Below are positions 57,451 to 64,000 of a DNA stretch of 64,000 nucleotides, piece by piece (positions within the stretch are counted from its first letter, which is position 1; each line of letters begins with the position of its first letter). Location: assembly GCA_963674945.2 (NCBI GenBank), contig CAXXWQ010000003.1, forward strand, positions 1,792,001 through 1,856,000, read 5' to 3'. The position numbers and the translations under genes are program-made. Source of the DNA: an uncultured Desulfosarcina sp. (lineage in GTDB: Bacteria; Desulfobacterota; Desulfobacteria; Desulfobacterales; Desulfosarcinaceae). Below the pieces are notes generated by a model, which worked only from the letters and a program-made list of their open reading frames with translations, was not told the DNA's origin and searched no databases.

Positions 57451-58070
57451 GGCATGCCATCCACAGAATAGAGTTTGAAAAGATCGATGACGCTGCCCAG
57501 AGTGGTCAATTCCGCTTCCAGACGAAAGAGTTTATTGTTGAGAAGTTCTCTTCCCTCCGGCATCACACTACTGTCTGCTTGCTGTTTCTTTGCAATGTCC
57601 ACCACCTTTTTGGAAGACTCACATACACTGCGGGACAGCATGATGATCTCCTGCAGATTGGTGGACATGTCGTCGATGGCGGCTGACAACTGAGACAGTT
57701 CGTTTTTCATCCTCACCCCTGAAGTCTTGCTCAGATCGCCTCCGCAGATTGCCTGGGACACCACCACCATATGCTGCAGTGGTTCGGTTATCGTTTTAAT
57801 GAACATGGTCAGCACGATAACAACAACGGCGAGGATTACACCGACCATCATCATCGCTTTGGTTCGGATTCGCTGCAGTGAATCGACGGCGTATGACTGC
57901 ACGGTCTCTTTGTCATCGATACCATCCCAATCCGCCTTGAGCGCATGGTTCCACTTCCCCGAATGGGTTTCCATGACAAATTCTGCGGCCACCATCAAAG
58001 AGGCAAATCCGATTAAGAGAAAATATACGATCATGGTACGTTGGAGCGAATAAGTATTAGATGGTTTCAT
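57447..58070 (-). CDS. two-TM HAMP protein resembling a chemoreceptor without its signalling domain
   Basis: TM-short loop-TM, ITEPL...GDLS...NEL..L..AID.M, short tail ending VIDLFKL. Confidence 0.82.
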   Translation of the reverse strand: MKPSNTYSLQRTMIVYFLLIGFASLMVAAEFVMETHSGKWNHALKADWDGIDDKETVQSYAVDSLQRIRTKAMMMVGVILAVVVIVLTMFIKTITEPLQHMVVVSQAICGGDLSKTSGVRMKNELSQLSAAIDDMSTNLQEIIMLSRSVCESSKKVVDIAKKQQADSSVMPEGRELLNNKLFRLEAELTTLGSVIDLFKLYSVDGMP

Positions 58071-59524
58071 AGTGCCGTATCATTACCGGTTTTCACTACC
58101 GTCTTTACGAGGTCGTCAGGGATCACTTCCACATCTGCAAGACCGCTTTCCACCACACGGTCCAGAGGCTCTGAAACCATGCTGGATTCACGCTTGCGCA
58201 AAATGATCCGACCGCCACTGTTTTTCACTGCCTGCAATCCGGACTGGTCCCCGGCGTATGCGCCGGATAGCAAGACGATCGTCAAGCGATCTTTGAAGAT
58301 TTCGGCGGCCCTGGACAAGAAATGATCGACGGGAACCCTCTGGTCTTCAGGTAAAAAGGGGTCCGGTTCGATAACGAAAGCGTCATCGCCGCTGTTCACC
58401 GAAAGGGGACAACCCACAATTCCCACATATGTGCGCCGGACCAGAAGCGGAGTCCTTCGGTCGATGGATGTTGCATGAATCCCCAATCGATTCTGGAGAT
58501 ATTCGGCAAAGGCGGTGCTAAACGTCGGGGGCAGACTCTCCAGGGCAACAACGGCTGCCGCCATGGAATCCAACGAGGGGATCAGGCCGGACAAAAGGCC
58601 AATCTGATCTGAAAAACCGCCGGCACCACTAATTACGACGACCAAGCTTCGACACGGAAGTTCGGGCGGGGCGACGTATTCCGATTTGGACAGACGTACG
58701 ATCCTGAAATTCTCAACTCTCGCCGTGGCGGCGAGTCGAATTCGCTCGTGTATTTTTTCTTGTTGAACCAGGATATCCTGACTTCTGGTGGGCTTGCTCA
58801 TGAAATCCACGGCGCCCAATTCCAAAAACTTGAAGATTGACCGAAAGGCTCCCTCTCCCGGACTTGACATGATGACCACCGGACAAGGTTTTTTGATCAT
58901 GATATGTTTGATGGTGCTGGTACCGTCCATCACAGGCATGTTCACATCCAGTATCACCAGATCCGGTGAAAGCTCGTCGATCAGTGCAATCGCCTCCCGG
59001 CCATCGCCAGCCATTCCGACCACTTTGACCCAGTCCCGCGAGGTTAAAAGATTGGCGAGAATTTTTCTCATCATGGGCGAGTCATCGACGATGAGAACCC
59101 GCATGCGGGCCTGGTCATTGCTCGCGTCGGCATCGCAGGTTTCCGAGGCGAGTTTCGATTCGGACTTGTATTTTTCGTCGAAACGCCGTGCGGCCTCCAT
59201 GATCAACATGTTGTAATTTTGCGAAATTGTTTTTTCGAAGGGTTTGGATACCGAATCGGTTTCGAAGCGCCCGGTCTGCCAACCCAGCATATGGTAAAAG
59301 GCTGCCTCACCGACAAGCCCCTGGCAGACTGCATGAACGATCTCCCCCTCAACAAAAACGATGGAGCCGGCTTGATCGGCATTTTCAACTTGCAGGCAAA
59401 GGCTGGAAGCCGACAAGCAGAACATCTGGATCAAGTCCACCAAATAGACGTCTTTCAATTTTCCGGTAAAGCCACCTACTTTATCCGGAGAAGCGTCAGT
59501 TATATCGGAGCACTTGATTTCCAT
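58067..59524 (-). CDS. cheB: DUF4388(PATAN)-REC-CheB-like protein, probably catalytically inactive
   Basis: FTGKL..V.LVDLIQM...G.I.F.EGEIVHA...GEAAFY.ML.W..GRF; intact REC; CheB fold with altered triad. Confidence 0.85.
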   Translation of the reverse strand: MEIKCSDITDASPDKVGGFTGKLKDVYLVDLIQMFCLSASSLCLQVENADQAGSIVFVEGEIVHAVCQGLVGEAAFYHMLGWQTGRFETDSVSKPFEKTISQNYNMLIMEAARRFDEKYKSESKLASETCDADASNDQARMRVLIVDDSPMMRKILANLLTSRDWVKVVGMAGDGREAIALIDELSPDLVILDVNMPVMDGTSTIKHIMIKKPCPVVIMSSPGEGAFRSIFKFLELGAVDFMSKPTRSQDILVQQEKIHERIRLAATARVENFRIVRLSKSEYVAPPELPCRSLVVVISGAGGFSDQIGLLSGLIPSLDSMAAAVVALESLPPTFSTAFAEYLQNRLGIHATSIDRRTPLLVRRTYVGIVGCPLSVNSGDDAFVIEPDPFLPEDQRVPVDHFLSRAAEIFKDRLTIVLLSGAYAGDQSGLQAVKNSGGRIILRKRESSMVSEPLDRVVESGLADVEVIPDDLVKTVVKTGNDTAL

Positions 59525-59571
59525 TGCCTTTTTGTCCTAACTTACCAACAGGGAACGATGGCCCCGGGTTC

Positions 59572-62500
59572 TCAAAACACGGTGGCCGATATTTTTTTTT
59601 CCGTGAGCCATTCCTTTGCCATGGTTACCAATTCGTCCACGTTGAGAATCAACGAGATGCCACCGTCTCCCAAAATGGTTGCCCCCGAGATCCCGCTTTT
59701 TTCCTGCAGGTAGTCATCCAAGGGCTTGACGACCACTTCCTGCCGTCCCAACAGCGTGTTGACGATGAATCCGGCCCGTCCTGTGGCTGCATTGACGACG
59801 ACGACACAAAGGCGGCCTGTATCGCTTACCGGTGAAAATGTTTTCATATGCAGGATATCGGTCAGACGGATCAGCGGCAGTGGCTCATCGTGCAGATGGA
59901 TGACTTCGCTGCCGTCTACGAAAAAGATCTCACCCTTATCGACGTGCAATGTCTCTGCCACCGTACTCAACGGGATCGTGAAGTGAGCGCCTTCGCAATG
60001 AACCATCAAGGCGGGAATGATGGCCAGCGTCAGTGGTATCGTAATGCGGATTCGCGTTCCCACATCCTGCCGGGTATCGATCATCATGGTTCCGTTGATT
60101 TTTTCGATGTTGCGTTTGACCACATCCATCCCGACGCCTCGCCCGGAAGTGTGCGTGATCTTACTTGCGGTGGAAAAACCCGGCAGCATGATCAGGTCCA
60201 CCAACTCCCTTTGATTTATGTCGGCCAAAGTCGCCGGATCGACAAGGTTTCTCTCCACGGCCTTTTGCCGAACGCGGGACAGATCGATCCCTTTTCCATC
60301 ATCGGTGATATCGATGACGACGTTGCTCCCCTCCTGGTAGGCGGCAAGGACCAGAACACCCGTTTCGGGTTTGCCCTTGCGTTTTCGTTCCTCCCGGGTC
60401 TCGATACCATGATCCACGGCGTTGCGAATAATATGGATCATCGGATCGGCCAGTTGTTCGATCACCATTCGATCCAGTTCGGTCTCCTCACCCTGGAACT
60501 GCAGTTGAACCTTTTTATCGGTATCCTTGACCAAATCGTGGATTAATCTGGGATACCGATTGAAAAGCTGTGCGATGGGCAACATCCGAACCTTCATTAC
60601 CTGTTCCTGGAGTTCTCCGCTTACCCGTCCTAAAACCGACGTGGCATCATTGATACGGGCGGCCAGACTGTTCACCATGCGAAGATCCGCCTTGTCCATG
60701 TCAAACCGCTGGTTGAGATATTGGATCAAATCTCGCATCTGATGGAAAATCTGGGAAAAGGAGGAACGGTTAACCACCAGTTCACCAACCTGGTTCATCA
60801 AACTATCGATTTTTTCTGCATCGACGCGGATGCTCTTTCGAATCATCTTTCGCGCCTTGAACGCTTCGGTCGATTCCGGCGGTAAAGTCGATCTTTCTCC
60901 AGTTACCTTCTCTTCGGTCGAAGGTATTGAGAAATCGAATGAAGGTGCGACGACAGATTCTTCTTCGGCGGAATCATCGCGGCCCACTGCGGGTATCGGC
61001 TTTGCCATGGGCCACAATTCCACGAAATCGTCCGAAGTCTCTTCGAGTTGCTCGCGCGTCTCTTGGGCAAAATCCGATAGGAGAGAAGCGTCTGCAGCCG
61101 GGGCCGTCGATGACTCCGAGGACAACGGTTCCTGTTGAGGCTCCTCATCCGGGTCCGGGGACAATTCCAACTCGTGCTCATCTTCTTCCTGGTGAAGGCT
61201 GTGGTCCAATTCCTCCTCATCGAGAAGTTGATCTTCGTCAAGGTCTTTTTCCGCGATCGTCTCCGTCGGGCTCGCCATGGACGAAACATCCATATCCGCA
61301 AGCGTCTGAAACTCGGGAAAAAGCGCCTGGATACGCCGGACGGATGGAACCAGGTGGGATTCAACGAACGATGCTGCCGCGTCGGCATCCGGATTTCCGG
61401 CGGGATCGCAAAGGGGCGACAGGGCCGCCGTAAGATCGTCGTAGATCCGGTTGATGGCATCGAATCCCATGTAGTTGGCCGTTGCGGACATCCGGTCCAC
61501 CTGGTCGGCCAGCTTTCCCACCGCGGTCTCAAGATCGCTTCCTTCCATGATCCGCCGCGCCGTCGCCATCAACGCCTCGATCCCGGCGATCAGTTGTTCC
61601 ATGAAAATCGTCAGCAGTTCCGCATCCGTCTCCTTGTCAGCATCCAGGGACCCATCTTCGGCCGTCTCTTCTCCGGACGGTGTCGATTCTTCGGAAAGCG
61701 CCGTCACACGAGAAAGCAGATCGTCGATCTCGCTGCCCTCTTCGCCCGACGATTCGATCTCGGTCACCAACGCCTCCATACGGTCCCGGGCATCGATGAA
61801 AAGGTCCACGGCGATCTTGTCGCAGGATCGCGTGCCGCTTCGATACAGGTCCAACAGATTCTCCAGACGGTGGGACAAATCGGCGATTCGATCGAATCCT
61901 AAGTACTCGGAGGCACCCTTGATCGTGTGAATCGAACGGAAACTGTCATTCAACAGATCCGGATCCGAAGGGTTCAAAGCCATCTGTAACAGCGAGCTTT
62001 CCAATGCGTCGAGATGCTCGCGCGTCTCTTGGGCAAAATCCGCTACCAGGGATGGGTCTGCTGCCGGAGGCATCGATGCCTCCGGTGAAGACGGTTCCGG
62101 TTGGGGCTCCTCGTCCAGGTCCAGGGATAATTCCAACTCGGGTTCATCCTCTTCCTCCTGGCCAAGGCTGTCGTCCAGCACTTCCTCATCAAGGAGCAGA
62201 CCTTCGTCAAGATCAGTTTCCGTGATCGTCTCTGTCGGGCTCGCCATGGACGAAACATCCATATCCGCAAGCGTCTGAAACTCGGGAAAAAGCGCCTGGA
62301 TACGCCGGACGGATGGAACCAGGTGGGATTCAACGAACGATGCTGCCGCGTCGGCAACCGGATTTCCGGCGGGATCGCAAAGGGGCGACAGGGCCGCCGT
62401 AAGATCGTCGTAGATCCGGTTGATGGCATCGAATCCCATGTAGTTGGCCGTTGCGGACATCCGGTCCACCTGGTCGGCCAGCTTTCCCACCGCGGTCTCA

Positions 62501-64000
62501 AGATCGCTTCCTTCCATGATCCGCCGCGCCGTCGCCATCAACTCCTCGATCCCGGCGATCAGTTGTTCCATGAAAATCGTCAGCAGTTCCGCATCCGTCT
62601 CCTTGTCAGCATCCAGGGACCCATCTTCGGCCGTCTCTTCTCCGGACGGTGTCGATTCTTCGGAAAGCGCCGTCACACGAGAAAGCAGATCGTCGATCTC
62701 GCTGCCCTCTTCGCCCGACGATTCGATCTCGGTCACCAACGCCTCCATACGGTCCCGGGCATCGATGAAAAGGTCCACGGCGATCTTGTCGCAGGATCGC
62801 GTGCCGCTTCGATACAGGTCCAACAGATTCTCCAGACGGTGGGACAAATCGGCGATTCGATCGAATCCTAAGTACTCGGAGGCACCCTTGATCGTGTGAA
62901 TCGAACGGAAACTGTCATTCAACAGATCCGGATCCGAAGGGTTCAAAGCCATCTGTAACAGCGAGCTTTCCAATGCGTCGAGATGCTCGCGCGTCTCTTG
63001 GGCAAAATCCGCTACCAGGGATGGGTCTGCTGCCGGAGGCATCGATGCCTCCGGTGAAGACGGTTCCGGTTGGGGCTCCTCGTCCAGGTCCAGGGATAAT
63101 TCCAACTCGGGTTCATCCTCTTCCTCCTGGCCAAGGCTGTCGTCCAGCACTTCCTCATCAAGGAGCAGACCTTCGTCAAGATCAGTTTCCGTGATCGTCT
63201 CTGTCGGGCTCGCCATGGACGAAACATCCATATCCGCAAGCGTCTGAAACTCGGGAAAAAGCGCCTGGATACGCCGGACGGATGGAACCAGGTGGGATTC
63301 AACGAACGATGCTGCCGCGTCGGCAACCGGATTTCCGGCGGGATCGCAAAGGGGCGACAGGGCCGCCGTAAGATCGTCGTAGATCCGGTTGATGGCATCG
63401 AATCCCATGTAGTTGGCCGTTGCGGACATCCGGTCCACCTGGTCGGCCAGCTTTCCCACCGCGGTCTCAAGATCGCTTCCTTCCATGATCCGCCGCGCCG
63501 TCGCCATCAACTCCTCGATCCCGGCGATCAGTTGTTCCATGAAAATCGTCAGCAGTTCCGCATCCGTCTCCTTGTCAGCATCCAGGGACCCATCTTCGGC
63601 CGTCTCTTCTCCGGACGGTGTCGGTTCTTCGGAAAGCGCATCCACACGTGAAAGCAGATCGTCGATCTCGCTGCCCTCTTCGCCCGACGATTCGATCTCG
63701 GTCAACAGCGCCTCCATACGGTCCCGGGCATCGATGAAAAGATCCACGGCGATCTTGTCATAGAATCGCGTGCCGCTTCGATACAGGTCCAGAATATTCT
63801 CCAGACGGTGTGACAACCTGGCGATTCGATCGAATCCCAGGTATTCGGAAGCACCCTTGATCGTGTGAATCGAACGGAAACTGTCATTCAACGGCTCCGG
63901 TTCCGAAGGGTTCAAAGCCATCTGTAACAAGGCGCTTTCCAATGCTTCAAGATGTTCGCGCGTCTCTTGTGCAAATTCCTCTATCAGAGATGGGTCTGTC
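59572..64000 (-). CDS. cheA: CheA histidine kinase with tandem Hpt repeats; 5' end lies outside the window
   Basis: Three FRSIHTIKGAS; SIRVD..KIDSLMNQVGELV; HIIRNAVDHGIE; DDGKGID; SGRGVGMDVV; IPLTLAI; CheW domain. Frame stays open to the window edge (TDPSLIEEFAQETREHLEALES). Confidence 0.95.
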   Translation of the reverse strand, partial: TDPSLIEEFAQETREHLEALESALLQMALNPSEPEPLNDSFRSIHTIKGASEYLGFDRIARLSHRLENILDLYRSGTRFYDKIAVDLFIDARDRMEALLTEIESSGEEGSEIDDLLSRVDALSEEPTPSGEETAEDGSLDADKETDAELLTIFMEQLIAGIEELMATARRIMEGSDLETAVGKLADQVDRMSATANYMGFDAINRIYDDLTAALSPLCDPAGNPVADAAASFVESHLVPSVRRIQALFPEFQTLADMDVSSMASPTETITETDLDEGLLLDEEVLDDSLGQEEEDEPELELSLDLDEEPQPEPSSPEASMPPAADPSLVADFAQETREHLDALESSLLQMALNPSDPDLLNDSFRSIHTIKGASEYLGFDRIADLSHRLENLLDLYRSGTRSCDKIAVDLFIDARDRMEALVTEIESSGEEGSEIDDLLSRVTALSEESTPSGEETAEDGSLDADKETDAELLTIFMEQLIAGIEELMATARRIMEGSDLETAVGKLADQVDRMSATANYMGFDAINRIYDDLTAALSPLCDPAGNPVADAAASFVESHLVPSVRRIQALFPEFQTLADMDVSSMASPTETITETDLDEGLLLDEEVLDDSLGQEEEDEPELELSLDLDEEPQPEPSSPEASMPPAADPSLVADFAQETREHLDALESSLLQMALNPSDPDLLNDSFRSIHTIKGASEYLGFDRIADLSHRLENLLDLYRSGTRSCDKIAVDLFIDARDRMEALVTEIESSGEEGSEIDDLLSRVTALSEESTPSGEETAEDGSLDADKETDAELLTIFMEQLIAGIEALMATARRIMEGSDLETAVGKLADQVDRMSATANYMGFDAINRIYDDLTAALSPLCDPAGNPDADAAASFVESHLVPSVRRIQALFPEFQTLADMDVSSMASPTETIAEKDLDEDQLLDEEELDHSLHQEEDEHELELSPDPDEEPQQEPLSSESSTAPAADASLLSDFAQETREQLEETSDDFVELWPMAKPIPAVGRDDSAEEESVVAPSFDFSIPSTEEKVTGERSTLPPESTEAFKARKMIRKSIRVDAEKIDSLMNQVGELVVNRSSFSQIFHQMRDLIQYLNQRFDMDKADLRMVNSLAARINDATSVLGRVSGELQEQVMKVRMLPIAQLFNRYPRLIHDLVKDTDKKVQLQFQGEETELDRMVIEQLADPMIHIIRNAVDHGIETREERKRKGKPETGVLVLAAYQEGSNVVIDITDDGKGIDLSRVRQKAVERNLVDPATLADINQRELVDLIMLPGFSTASKITHTSGRGVGMDVVKRNIEKINGTMMIDTRQDVGTRIRITIPLTLAIIPALMVHCEGAHFTIPLSTVAETLHVDKGEIFFVDGSEVIHLHDEPLPLIRLTDILHMKTFSPVSDTGRLCVVVVNAATGRAGFIVNTLLGRQEVVVKPLDDYLQEKSGISGATILGDGGISLILNVDELVTMAKEWLTEKKISATVF
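61050..64000 (-). repeat. 969-bp (323-codon) intragenic tandem repeat, three copies plus a stub
   Basis: GATGGGTCTG recurs at 62051, 63020 and 63989; identical shadow ORFs are offset by 969. Confidence 0.97.

Noticed and set aside
61050..64000. 969-bp repeats as a mobile element or CRISPR-like array
   Set aside because: They are in-frame domain duplications inside cheA, with no spacers, terminal repeats or transposase.

Overview
Chromosomal segment from a sulfate-reducing Desulfobacterota bacterium, probably Desulfobacterales or Desulfosarcina-like. This is inferred from the ahbC-hemB-ahbD alternative heme genes, the DHH-CBS tRNA nucleotidyltransferase and mglBA. I see about 53 protein genes, one ISNCY/IS4-like transposase, and no rRNA, tRNA or CRISPR array. 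Five things stand out. (1) The right end holds an atypical, tightly coupled chemosensory operon: a CheA built from near-identical 969-bp Hpt/pseudo-Hpt repeats, a PATAN(DUF4388)-REC-CheB with a degenerate catalytic triad, a chemoreceptor-like protein with no signalling tip, a TauE exporter and a NitT/TauT ABC importer. (2) Converging on it is an mglB-mglA-orf3 operon, where the C-terminal helix missing from MglB seems to reappear at the N-terminus of orf3. (3) A 13-kb seven-gene envelope operon encodes an SLH-TPR lipoprotein, LPP20/FlgP/FlgT-like modules, an AsmA-like protein, a DUF799-like lipoprotein, TPR-SpoIID and a long MscS. (4) A ClpX-like ATPase lacking the zinc finger sits directly upstream of the heme genes. 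(5) A dispersed family of MITE/REP-like elements has shared termini and a shared internal core. All domain calls come from motif recognition by eye; no searches were run.
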